The translations under genes were made by a program, and so were the position numbers. A DNA stretch of 64,000 bases from Eubacteriales bacterium (GTDB taxonomy: Bacteria; Bacillota; Clostridia; Oscillospirales; CAG-272), in assembly GCA_045123255.1 (NCBI GenBank), contig JBGVIN010000010.1, forward strand, positions 3,044 through 67,043, written 5' to 3'. Position 1 is the first letter of the stretch. Each line of letters starts with the position of its first letter. Positions 35,926 to 44,686 of this stretch are shown piece by piece. The notes beneath the pieces are model-generated. The model ran no database searches, was not told the origin of the DNA, and saw only the letters and a list, made by a program, of their open reading frames with translations.

Positions 35926-36339
35926 GGTTACGGGTACTAATATATAAATAAATTTATAATTTTGTGAATGTGCACAAAAAATTTACCCCGCCCTGCAAAA
36001 ATTTTGTCAAAATTCACATAAAAATTTTTGCAATAAAATGCGTTTTTTCTGTATTATACTGCAAAATTCTCAGCCGTGCTAAACCCATAAAAAGGCGCAA
36101 AACGCCCCGAAAATGCTCGTATTTTTGTTTGATAAGTCAACAATTTAGATGTTTTTGTTAATAGCGGCAAAATAAAAATTCACAAAAAATTCACAAATAA
36201 AAATGCATTTTTTCAATTTCGATGCAATTTTTTGCCCAAAATCGTGATTTCGTACATACGCGCCGCGCGGTATTGATAAATGAAGATTTGCAAAAATACG
36301 CCATTTGCCGCACAAAACGCCACCGCATCCGTTGTTAGA

Positions 36340-36535
36340 TCCTTCGGCAAGCTCAGGATGACGGAAGCCGAGCACCCATAACGTCATTCCAAGCGTGCCA
36401 CCCCCCACATTGGCAACATCTCATCCGCAACCGTAGGGGCGACCATTGGTCGGCTGTTTATTCTCCGTTCATTCGCACACCATTATTCACGGACAGTCGG
36501 GGACGCCTGTCCCTACGGGGGTCACACCATTTTCG
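36340..36535. repeat. cluster of REP-like units upstream of the giant gene
   Basis: CATTCCAAGCGTGCC module near 36385. GTAGGGGCGACCATTGGTCGGCTG (36433-36453, plus). GTCGGGGACGCCTGTCCCTAC (36496-36517, minus orientation). Confidence 0.7.
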
Positions 36536-36736
36536 CCTATCATTCCGAGCGTAGCCGAGAAATCTACGTTTACGGGCGATTCGTGAATCGCCCCTACGGT
36601 ACAATCAACGCCTTGGCGTTGCATATCATCAACCGTAGGTTGCATATCATCAATTCCAACGGAATTGCATATCATCACCACAGGTGTATATCATCAATCC
36701 ACAGGATTGCATATAATCACCGCAGGTGCATATCAG
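36536..36736 (+). repeat. composite hairpin-array element, copy E3
   Basis: CATTCCGAGCGTAGCCGAGAAATC...ACGGGCGATTCGTGAATCGCCCCTACGGTACAAT, followed by six hairpins. They are caacgccttggcgttg (36606-36621), caaccgtaggttg (36630-36642), caattccaacggaattg (36651-36667), caccacaggtg (36676-36686), caatccacaggattg (36695-36709) and caccgcaggtg (36718-36728). Each is separated by CATATCAT, TATATCAT or CATATAAT. Confidence 0.85.
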
Positions 36737-37034
36737 GGGTGGCGGATTGTCTGAATTTTATCAATCGTATTGTTTTGATTAAAAATCATACCAATTTATC
36801 GAATAAATAGTCAAAAAACATTCATTTTAGACACAGGGTCGGGCATTTTTTTGCCCAACGCCACAAGATTTTGTGAATTTATACATGTGCCTACACAACA
36901 TTTTGTGTATTATTCGCGCCAAGAATAGATTATGATATGTGCGCATATCATTGTTTCGTCATTTTTTGACCATTTTTGATACATTTCTTCATTATCAATA
37001 CGCGCAGGTACATACGCGCGAGTTAATTCGCACG

Positions 37035-37222
37035 TGTGACATTCCGAGCGCGTCGAAAGCCCTTGCCTTCCCCGGTGGGGAAGGTGGATGCCATCGGCAG
37101 ACGGATGAGGGGAACCGAAACGTACGGACAATAATCTCCTCATCCACCACTTCGTGGTCCCCCTTCCCCGCTGGGGAAGGCTCACTCTCTTTCATTCCGA
37201 GCCTGTCGAGGAATCTTTTTTG
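37035..37222. repeat. REP-like cluster (CATTCCGAGC modules, CCTTCCCC-n4-GGGGAAGG hairpins, GGTGGATG...GACGGATGAGG / CCTCATCCACC inverted segments)
   Basis: gacattccgagcgcgtcgaaag; gccttccccggtggggaaggtggatgccatcggcagacggatgagg; cctcatccaccacttcgtgg; cccttccccgctggggaagg; ttcattccgagcctgtcgaggaatc. Related module at 63117-63150. Confidence 0.7.
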
Positions 37223-37223
37223 C

Positions 37224-37255
37224 GTAAAAAAAGCCGCCAAACGGCGGCTTTTTGG
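37224..37255 (-). terminator. rho-independent (bidirectional) terminator after the ABC-transporter operon
   Basis: AAAAAAAGCCGCC-AAAC-GGCGGCTTTTT, 10 nt after the ATPase stop. Confidence 0.85.
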
Positions 37256-37264
37256 TGTTTTTCA

Positions 37265-38146
37265 TTATAAAACAGCGTTTAGGAACTGCTTTGTTCTTGG
37301 ATTTTGCGGATTGTCAAAGATTTGGGACGGTGTGCCCTGTTCGGCAATAACGCCCTCATCCATAAAGATAACGCGTGTGCCAACCTCACGGGCAAAGCCC
37401 ATTTCGTGAGTAACAATAACCATCGTCATTCCCTCGTTTGCAACCTCTTTTATAAGGTTCAAAACCTCACCAACCATCTCAGGGTCAAGTGCCGAGGTCG
37501 GCTCGTCAAAGAGCATAACCTTTGGGTTCATAGCAAGGGCGCGAACTATCGCAACTCTCTGCTTTTGTCCGCCCGAAAGCGTTGACGGATATACGTTTGC
37601 CTTGTCCTCAAGTCCGATACGGCGAAGGAGCATAAGTGCCTTTTGTCTGCACTCGGCTTTATAGTCGAATTTAGGTCTTTTTGCTATTTTTTCGGTAATT
37701 TCGGCGATTTTTTCATTATTTCCTGCCAAAACAGCTTCCTTAAGCGCCGCCTTGTCAGCCTTTATCTCAGCTTTATATGCTTTTTTCACCCTTCTTTTAT
37801 ATATCATATAAGGCGCAAGCATAATGTTTTTAAGCACGGTTTTGTTGTTAAACAGATTGAATTGCTGGAACACCATACCCATATTTTGGCGGTGAATATT
37901 GATATTAACCTTACGGTCTGCAATATCAACGTCGTCAAAGATAATTTGACCGCCGTCGGGGTCCTCAAGACAGTTTAAGCATCTTAAAAACGTGCTTTTT
38001 CCGCTACCCGATGCGCCAACCACAACAACCTTTTCGCCCTTATATATATCGGTGGAAATATCCTTCAAAACAACGTTTTCACCGAAAACCTTTTTAAGAT
38101 TTCTCACGGAAAGAATAGGCTTTTCGTTCATATTCATTTCAGCCAT
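37265..38146 (-). CDS. polar amino-acid ABC transporter ATP-binding protein (GlnQ/HisP-like) with an about 45-aa Lys/Ala/Glu-rich insertion
   Basis: Walker [11 protein letters not shown]-loop MVFQQFNLF, signature [11 protein letters not shown], Walker [12 protein letters not shown] and H-loop VTHEMGFA. 293 aa, longer than the shorter size I recall for this family. Confidence 0.9.
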   Translation of the reverse strand: MAEMNMNEKPILSVRNLKKVFGENVVLKDISTDIYKGEKVVVVGASGSGKSTFLRCLNCLEDPDGGQIIFDDVDIADRKVNINIHRQNMGMVFQQFNLFNNKTVLKNIMLAPYMIYKRRVKKAYKAEIKADKAALKEAVLAGNNEKIAEITEKIAKRPKFDYKAECRQKALMLLRRIGLEDKANVYPSTLSGGQKQRVAIVRALAMNPKVMLFDEPTSALDPEMVGEVLNLIKEVANEGMTMVIVTHEMGFAREVGTRVIFMDEGVIAEQGTPSQIFDNPQNPRTKQFLNAVL

Positions 38147-38949
38147 TATTTCTTACCTCCGTTTCTGTCGCTCTTTGCAAGCTTTTTTTCGATAAGGCGC
38201 AAAATGAGCGTAAGTATCATTACGACAATAAGATATAGCATTGCGGCTATGATAAGCGGCGGCAAATATTCAAACGTTCTTGACTGAATAAGACCGGGGA
38301 TTTTACCAAGGTCCATAATGCCAACGTAACCAACAATTGCCGTTTCCTTAACAAGCGTGATAAACTCGTTAAATAGCGGTGGGAGTGAGTTTTTAAGCGC
38401 CTGCGGAATTATAATATGGAACATTGTTTGCCAGGTGTTAAGACCAAGGCTTCTGCCTGCTTCTCTTTGACCGTCGTCAACGCTTTCAAAGCCTGCTCTT
38501 ATAATTTCGGCTACGTATGCGCTTGAGTTGATACCGAAGGTAATTGCGCCAATTAAAATTCCGTTATCCCACGTTGCAAACACAACGAAGTATAAAATCA
38601 TAAGCTGCAAAACAACAGGTGTGCCGCGGATTATCGTGATATACGTATTTGCAATCCACGCAAACGGCTTTAATTTGCCTGTTTTCTTGTTAAGAAAGAC
38701 AATCATTGAAAGCGTAACGCCGACAACAACACCGATAAGTGCCGCAACAATTGCAATCATAAGGGTATTTATAATGCCCTCGATATATAAAAACCATCTG
38801 TTTTGCTCGATAGTTGCTTTATATATGCTCTTTAAGACGCCCCAACCGAAAAATGAATCGATTTTCGTCACGATATTCAAAATAAACGCCTTTATTCCCA
38901 AAATTGCATCTATCTCGTTAACGGCATCTAAAATAAAAGTTTTTATCAT
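38146..38949 (-). CDS. polar amino-acid ABC transporter permease (His/Glu/Gln/Arg/opine family)
   Basis: [16 protein letters not shown], the EAA-loop-like [23 protein letters not shown] and [25 protein letters not shown]. 1-nt stop/start overlap with the ATPase gene. Start moved to the ATG at 38949 (RBS AAGGAA). Confidence 0.88.
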   Translation of the reverse strand: MIKTFILDAVNEIDAILGIKAFILNIVTKIDSFFGWGVLKSIYKATIEQNRWFLYIEGIINTLMIAIVAALIGVVVGVTLSMIVFLNKKTGKLKPFAWIANTYITIIRGTPVVLQLMILYFVVFATWDNGILIGAITFGINSSAYVAEIIRAGFESVDDGQREAGRSLGLNTWQTMFHIIIPQALKNSLPPLFNEFITLVKETAIVGYVGIMDLGKIPGLIQSRTFEYLPPLIIAAMLYLIVVMILTLILRLIEKKLAKSDRNGGKK

Positions 38950-39052
38950 AGTATTTCCTTTAATTAAAGAATTAGTAACCAATTAAGAAATTAAGAGATT
39001 TTTGGCAAAACAACTGAGGAGCAAAAAGCTCCTCAGTCTATGCCTATTAAAA

Positions 39053-39934
39053 TTAGCCAACGAGGTTGAGCATTGTAAGTGCAGGAAGCTTATCCATTAC
39101 GATAGCATCAATTCTGCCGTTTTTGAGGTCTTGGAATGCAAGTGAATATTGCTTGTATCTCTTAACCTCTGAAATAGCTGACTTTACAGTAACTGTTTCT
39201 CCATCCTCATTTTCGTAGGTGTGGCCGTCGCCCATAGCTGCTGAAACGATAAGGTCACCGCTTGTGCCCTCTTGTACACCAACCTTCAAGCCTGCAAGGT
39301 CAGAAATTGAGTCAAAGCTGTTGTCCTTTGCAGAAACAACAACGAGAGTTGAGCTGAAATATACAGCTGAGAAATCAACTGCTTCTTTTCTCTCATCGTT
39401 GATTGTAAGACCTGCAGCACCAACTGCATCGCCCTCTGCTGTCTTAACGCAGGTAGGAATTGTGTCAAATGCAACGTCTTGAACGTCGATTGACTTGCCA
39501 AGACGCTCAGCAACCTCGCTCATAATAGCGATGTCAACGCCGATAACCTTGTCACCGCTCATAAATTCGAATGGAGCAAAGCCTGATTCTGTGTAAACTG
39601 TGATAACACCCTTGTCACCGAACTGCCAGCTTGTTTGAAGGTCGCCAGCTTCAGGAGCTGTATCCTTCGCACCTGCCTCGTAGTCAGAGAGGTCTGTGTA
39701 GTAGTTTACGTACTTTTCCATTGTGCCGTTTGAAACCCACTCGTTAACAACTGCGTCAACGGCTTCCTTCATTGCTGTATCGCCCTTCTTTACTGCGATA
39801 CCGAAGTCCTCTTGTAAGAGGTCAACCGCGTCAACCGCAACGTACTCTGTCCCAGTCTTGCCGCATGAAGCGAAGCAGAAAACGAGAGAAACGAGCATAA
39901 TTGCAGCTACGCTTAAAGAAATAATCTTTTTCAT
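39053..39934 (-). CDS. amino-acid ABC transporter substrate-binding lipoprotein
   Basis: Lipobox MKKIISLSVAAIMLVSLVFCFASC|G. Family-3 SBP-like blocks (GFAPFEF, GVDIAIMSEVAERLG, DAIVMDKLPA). AAGGAGA RBS. Confidence 0.85.
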   Translation of the reverse strand: MKKIISLSVAAIMLVSLVFCFASCGKTGTEYVAVDAVDLLQEDFGIAVKKGDTAMKEAVDAVVNEWVSNGTMEKYVNYYTDLSDYEAGAKDTAPEAGDLQTSWQFGDKGVITVYTESGFAPFEFMSGDKVIGVDIAIMSEVAERLGKSIDVQDVAFDTIPTCVKTAEGDAVGAAGLTINDERKEAVDFSAVYFSSTLVVVSAKDNSFDSISDLAGLKVGVQEGTSGDLIVSAAMGDGHTYENEDGETVTVKSAISEVKRYKQYSLAFQDLKNGRIDAIVMDKLPALTMLNLVG

Positions 39935-39973
39935 TTTAGTTTTCTCCTTAATTTTTCTAAAATTGGTTTTATA

Positions 39974-40002
39974 ATTATATACTTGTATTAGACAATTGTC
40001 AA
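39974..40002 (-). promoter_or_regulatory. perfect-consensus sigma-A promoter of the ABC-transporter operon
   Basis: Minus strand TTGACA (39997-40002) - exactly 17 nt - TATAAT (39974-39979). Confidence 0.7.
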
Positions 40003-40026
40003 TAGCAAATTTGATTTTTCAATAAA

Positions 40027-40064
40027 ATATTCACAAATATTCACAATTTTATGAATATATTCAC
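40027..40064 (-). promoter_or_regulatory. three helically phased GTGAATAT repeats upstream of the -35 (candidate activator site)
   Basis: atattcac at 40027-40034, 40037-40044 and 40057-40064 (plus strand), spacing 10 and 20 nt. Two copies extend to TTGTGAATAT on the minus strand. The TTGTGAAT 8-mer also recurs upstream of the giant gene. Confidence 0.35.
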
Positions 40065-40093
40065 GCTTTTATGCGATTATTCATCTTTAATGC

Positions 40094-40121
40094 ACAAAAA
40101 AGAGGCGCAAGCTGCGCCCCT
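40094..40121 (-). terminator. rho-independent terminator after the 570-aa gene
   Basis: Minus strand AGGGGCGCA-GCT-TGCGCCTCT followed by TTTTTG. Confidence 0.75.
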
Positions 40122-40136
40122 TAAATTTGTAAATTA

Positions 40137-41849
40137 TTATTCGTCCTCTTTATAAAGACCGTTATAGCTTACGAAAACGTATTTTTCGCCGTCTAATTTT
40201 TCGCCGTCTTGAATAAATTCAACTGCTTTGTTTTCGCCGTCAACTGTGTTTACGTAAACGCCGAGTGCAAGCATAAAGTCCTTTTGTTCGCCCGTCAAGC
40301 CAACTATTTTGAGCTGTAATGAAACGAATTTATCGTTTCCGATTTCGGCGGTAAATGCACCGTCGTTCGTTTTGCCGTTTTCGTCAAAAATATCGTTTGT
40401 ACCAAGCTTTGATTTATAAGCCGCAAACATACCGTAGGTAATTTGCTTACCCGTTGCGTTTTCATATGCGTGAACCGCATTGTAATTCACACCGAAGTCA
40501 GCAACTATTCCGCCGCGCTCGCCCTCCTCGTAGGAGTAGCCGCGGTTTACAAAGAGCGCTTCAAGCGCCTCGTGGGTTTCGTAGTCACAGCCGCTATTTA
40601 AGCAATCCGTATATTTGTCGCCCTCTTTAAGGTAGCTTTCATAAAGGTATTCAACGGAAATATTGTCATTAACGTGTGAAATATCAACGTTTTCACAGAT
40701 TGAGCATGTTGTTACACAAGCGTTCGAGCGTGCAGGGTCGGCTGTGTGAACGCCGTTTTTATACGCCACGCAGTAGCTGAAATCATAAACCACGTACGGT
40801 CCGCTCTTGTCCTCAAGCGCATTATAATCAGCATATGAAATAAGGTTTGCGCGGTTTTCGCCAACAACCGCCCAGAAGGGCGCGTTGCTACCTGTGCCTG
40901 TATTATCAAGAAGCGCGTTAAGCTGTTCAGCTGTGCCGACAAAGAAAATCTTTTCAAGCACGGTATTGTTAAACGCTCTGTCAACTATCGAGGTTGTTGT
41001 GCTATTGATGTAAATAGTTTTAAGTGATTTGCAATCGTTGAACTGTGAGCCTGATATTGATGAAACGTTTTCGGGAAAAGCATAATCAACAAGCTTAGTG
41101 CCCTGAAGCGACCAATTGTTAATGTACGTAAGAGAGGTTGGGAATTTAACGTCAGCAAGGGGAACACCGTTAAACGTACCCTCACCTGAAAGAGTAATGA
41201 GCTTTGTAGCGCTTAAATCAACAGCTTGATTTTCAAAAAGCTTTGATGAGCCGCCAAACGACTGAGAGCCGCCGATTTGTCTTAATTCGGTCAAGCTTTC
41301 AAGGTTTACGTATTTAAGCTTTGTGCAGCCGTTGAATGCCTGCTGCTGAATTGCCGCGGTATCAAGACGAAGATACGCGTATTCAAGCACCTTATTTGCC
41401 CATTGAATAGTTTTTACACAGTTAACGGGCTTATTAAGATATGCATTGTTTGATGCTTCGTTTGTCATAACGTCGTCGTCCATAAGATTGAGAACAACGA
41501 TGCTCGTTTTGCTTATCTTTACGCTTTCGCTGAGTTGAATCCACATATCGGAAACCTCGTAAACGTAAACCGTTCCGACAGAGCTGTTACCAACGTTAAA
41601 GCCGTAGGTTGCCTTATACTTTACTCGTTCGTCATCTGCGCGGATTGACTGAAGCTCGCTACCGTTTTGGAACCAAATGAGCGCGTTGCCGTCATCATCA
41701 AAGAGGTTTACAGTAGTGCCGTTATCAAGAGTAACGGTTGCGTCAAGGTCAACCCTGCCCTCGTGTACGCTATCTGCAAATACAGAAATTGCAAGCGCAA
41801 GCATAATTGCAAGCGCCATAGTAAGCGTTATTAAAATTTTCTTTTTCAT
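40137..41849 (-). CDS. secreted BspA-type leucine-rich-repeat protein, paralogous C-terminal domain with the 999-aa protein
   Basis: Signal peptide MKKKILITLTMALAIMLALAISVFA. LRR_5-like QQAFNGCTKLKYVNLESLTELRQIG and SQFNDCKSLKTIYINSTTTSIVDRAFNNTVLEKIFF. Cys pairs CVTTCSIC and DCLNSGCD. C-terminal GYSYEE...YGMFAAYKSKLG...LKIVGLTGEQK...VEFIQD. Confidence 0.75.
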   Translation of the reverse strand: MKKKILITLTMALAIMLALAISVFADSVHEGRVDLDATVTLDNGTTVNLFDDDGNALIWFQNGSELQSIRADDERVKYKATYGFNVGNSSVGTVYVYEVSDMWIQLSESVKISKTSIVVLNLMDDDVMTNEASNNAYLNKPVNCVKTIQWANKVLEYAYLRLDTAAIQQQAFNGCTKLKYVNLESLTELRQIGGSQSFGGSSKLFENQAVDLSATKLITLSGEGTFNGVPLADVKFPTSLTYINNWSLQGTKLVDYAFPENVSSISGSQFNDCKSLKTIYINSTTTSIVDRAFNNTVLEKIFFVGTAEQLNALLDNTGTGSNAPFWAVVGENRANLISYADYNALEDKSGPYVVYDFSYCVAYKNGVHTADPARSNACVTTCSICENVDISHVNDNISVEYLYESYLKEGDKYTDCLNSGCDYETHEALEALFVNRGYSYEEGERGGIVADFGVNYNAVHAYENATGKQITYGMFAAYKSKLGTNDIFDENGKTNDGAFTAEIGNDKFVSLQLKIVGLTGEQKDFMLALGVYVNTVDGENKAVEFIQDGEKLDGEKYVFVSYNGLYKEDE

Positions 41850-41948
41850 AATTATCTCCTAAATAGAAGTTTGTAAAATAATGATATCATTATCTAAACT
41901 ATTTGTCAAGGAATATATTCATATTAAGAATAAACCAACCATACCTTA

Positions 41949-44537
41949 TCATTCGTACCTACAAAGTGAAATATCGCCCAAAATTCCACTCGGCGGAATT
42001 TGAATGAAGGTGGAAAAGAGGTCGCGCCGCTTGTGTGCAAGATTGCTACGCACGATAACTCTAAGCTCGTTTTCACCGTTTTTGAGTGCACTCTTCATGC
42101 TGAATTTGTACGGCGCACAAATACGCGCACCGAGATACTCGCCGTTTAACCATGCCTCTGCCACCTCGCCAACCTGACCGAGGTCGATTACCGTAAAGCT
42201 GTCAACGCCTGCAAATTTGGCTTCGTAAAGAATTTCGCCGCTGAAATCTGAATAACACTCAGGAGCGGAAATATCGAAAAGAGGTGAATTTTCCGCAATT
42301 TTACGGTAATTTTTCTCACACTCTCCCTTGATTGATATATCAAATGCTAAGGGAAGTGTAATTTTTTCGCGCTCAAAGGTGAATTTTGGCGTGCCGTTTG
42401 GTATTTCAGCACCAAAGATAGCAAAAATCATATTTCCCTTTTCAAGGAGGATTTCAAGCGTGCCGTTTTCTGTGTCTTGGCGGTAAATTTTGTTATCCCA
42501 AGGCTCGTAAATCAGACACTCCCCCTGGTGTTTTAGCTTTATTTGTGCATTTACGTCGTTATAAACGTCCTCATTTGAGAAAAGGTAAATTTCCTTGCCG
42601 TCCCTCGTTGCGTGGTAGAAGCGCAGCCCTTTTAGGTTCTCTCCCTCACCGCTCACGTCCAAATCGATTGTATTCCTTAAAAGGTCGGGCAAGGTGTCAA
42701 TATTTTCAACCTTGAAATGTGAATTTAATTCGCTTATATCTATATTTTCCGCCGCGCGCCTCGGTAGCTCGTCAGTGAAAATAACGGGCAAGCCCGATTT
42801 TGCAAGTGAAGCAAAAAGCTCAAGGCATTTAAGCGGCAACGCCTCGCTTTTGGAAATTACAAGCGCGCCAAAGCTCTCGCCGTTTATGTAGAGTTTGCCG
42901 TCCTTTACCGTCGCGTCCTTTAATATATCGTATGGCACGATATCAAAATCGATTAAATTTTGTGTCAATTTGCGACACAGGGTCGGCAAAAGCTGCTCTC
43001 CCTGCGTTGTCCATTCACACTCGGCGTTATAAAAAACCGCAACGTCCGCGCGGTGAATAGCGCCGTTTAGCGCGTGTGAAACGCGACCCATATATTCCAT
43101 TAAATTCTTAAAAAGTGGGTACTGAATATTCTTTCCGCCGTTATAAAAATGCGGTGGGCAATCCGTGTCCTCCTCCTTTGGGGAGAATGCGTGTGGAACG
43201 AAGTGGTTTATTCCGCTTGCGAGCATAATGTCGCTAAGCCCCTTCATAAAGGGCAAGCCCTCTGCCCAGCCGAACGCACCGAAAATCTCACACATAGCCC
43301 TGCCTTTTTTAAGCGGCTGTAAATGTGAATGAGATGCGGCAAGCTTGGGGAGAGTGTAGCGGAAGAATGCAGGGTCGGCTTTTCCGCCGTCTGCAAGAGG
43401 TGAACGGTGTATTCCGTCACTTATTCCGACGACGTCCTGATGCAAAACTATATCAACGCCTGCCATATCCTGTCCGTCAAGTGCGCGGAAATAGTGTCCG
43501 CTACCGTAGCCAAGATGGGTATGCGCGCCCATATCCTCAATAACGTGTCCGATATACATAGCTCCGCGCTCACGGCACCAATCGCCAAGAAGGCAGGAGA
43601 AATTTTCCCTGTAAAGCTTAGTCACAACATCCATATAATTTGCGCGAATTTGCGCGGTAATTTCGCCAAGGTTTTCCCAAAGTGCAGGCAAGCAAAGACG
43701 CACGTCTTTTACCGTCAAGCCTGCATTTTCGGCGATAAGCTCGCATAAATCGTCGCGCCACGGATATGGTGAGAGCGCGTCACCGAGTTGGTTGTTATAG
43801 GTATAGCAAACGTTCAAAAATCCCGGCTCGTCGGAGAAAAATCCGCGGAAGGTGTTGCCAAAATACTCCTTGAAGTGCTTATAATGCGGCTCGTAGATAG
43901 CATCTATCATCGCGTGGCACGAGTCGCGGTTTAACATATCAATGTAGTAAAACAGACGGTCGTTTTTATATTCGTACATTTCGGTTTTCACCGTCACACA
44001 AACGCGCCAGTTACCCGCGGGCACGTCCCAATATACCATTCCGTCGCTTAATTTATCGGTTAAGTCAATAGCGCTTTTCGGGTCAAGCTCCTCGCCTGTG
44101 CCAATATGCTTATACGCTATTACGCTAAGTATTTTTTCTCCCTCGCAAATCCTTGCACCAACAAAGATTTTTGTAAATTTCGACGGACCGAGCGCCTCAA
44201 CCTGAAATTCGCGTATCAGCTTTTTCCTTAAATGCGCGTTTTCCTCTTTTTCAAGATAGCCGTTTGCGTAGCCTGTCGGAAATTTTTGGTCGTCAAGCAG
44301 CCAAACGCCCATATTAAGCTCGCGTGCGGTGTCTAAAATGAACTTAAAGTCATCCCACCACTCGTCCTGACAGAATTTTTCATACGGGCGGCTCTCGGCG
44401 CAAAGCTCGTTAATTCCGCTATTTTTAATAGCCAAAATTTCCTCTTTTATGCGTTCCTTGTCCTCGCCGTGTAGCCAAAGAAACGGCAGTATATAGCTTC
44501 CGTGCTTGTTTTGTAAGCACTCCTTAATTTTTTTCAT
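41949..44537 (-). CDS. putative cytoplasmic glycoside hydrolase with C-terminal galactose-binding-like jelly-roll domain (family uncertain, possibly GH106-like)
   Basis: 862 aa, no signal peptide. N-terminal ILPFLWLHGED block, FRGFFSDEPGF block and a C-terminal AWLNGEYLGARICAPYKF...NELRVIVRSNL block of the GH2-type sugar-binding fold. Family assignment is from memory only. Confidence 0.5.
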   Translation of the reverse strand: MKKIKECLQNKHGSYILPFLWLHGEDKERIKEEILAIKNSGINELCAESRPYEKFCQDEWWDDFKFILDTARELNMGVWLLDDQKFPTGYANGYLEKEENAHLRKKLIREFQVEALGPSKFTKIFVGARICEGEKILSVIAYKHIGTGEELDPKSAIDLTDKLSDGMVYWDVPAGNWRVCVTVKTEMYEYKNDRLFYYIDMLNRDSCHAMIDAIYEPHYKHFKEYFGNTFRGFFSDEPGFLNVCYTYNNQLGDALSPYPWRDDLCELIAENAGLTVKDVRLCLPALWENLGEITAQIRANYMDVVTKLYRENFSCLLGDWCRERGAMYIGHVIEDMGAHTHLGYGSGHYFRALDGQDMAGVDIVLHQDVVGISDGIHRSPLADGGKADPAFFRYTLPKLAASHSHLQPLKKGRAMCEIFGAFGWAEGLPFMKGLSDIMLASGINHFVPHAFSPKEEDTDCPPHFYNGGKNIQYPLFKNLMEYMGRVSHALNGAIHRADVAVFYNAECEWTTQGEQLLPTLCRKLTQNLIDFDIVPYDILKDATVKDGKLYINGESFGALVISKSEALPLKCLELFASLAKSGLPVIFTDELPRRAAENIDISELNSHFKVENIDTLPDLLRNTIDLDVSGEGENLKGLRFYHATRDGKEIYLFSNEDVYNDVNAQIKLKHQGECLIYEPWDNKIYRQDTENGTLEILLEKGNMIFAIFGAEIPNGTPKFTFEREKITLPLAFDISIKGECEKNYRKIAENSPLFDISAPECYSDFSGEILYEAKFAGVDSFTVIDLGQVGEVAEAWLNGEYLGARICAPYKFSMKSALKNGENELRVIVRSNLAHKRRDLFSTFIQIPPSGILGDISLCRYE

Positions 44538-44686
44538 TGTTATCTCCTAATGGGTATTTATACCACTAATATATCATATTTGCGCGCGCTTAACAATACA
44601 AAAAATCAAAATTTTGCATGTTTAACAGAAAAGGGACACTATTTTTTAGTATCCCTCATTTTTAGTTGTAGTTATGCCTTAACGTG

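Noticed and set aside
36596-36736. Hairpin arrays (also 9440-9560, 13914-14016, 14177-14257) as a possible CRISPR array
   Set aside because: The period is only 19-25 bp. The constant part is 8 nt and AT-rich, while the variable parts are themselves perfect palindromes. This is the inverse of a repeat/spacer organisation. No cas genes or leader are present in the window.
36596-36736. Hairpin array as a CsrB/RsmZ-like protein-sponge RNA (several units contain AGGT/AGGA, e.g. ACAGGATTG)
   Set aside because: The GGA triplets fall in the stems, not the loops. Only one unit matches A(N)GGA well. No promoter or terminator delimits the array. The idea is untested and currently unsupported.
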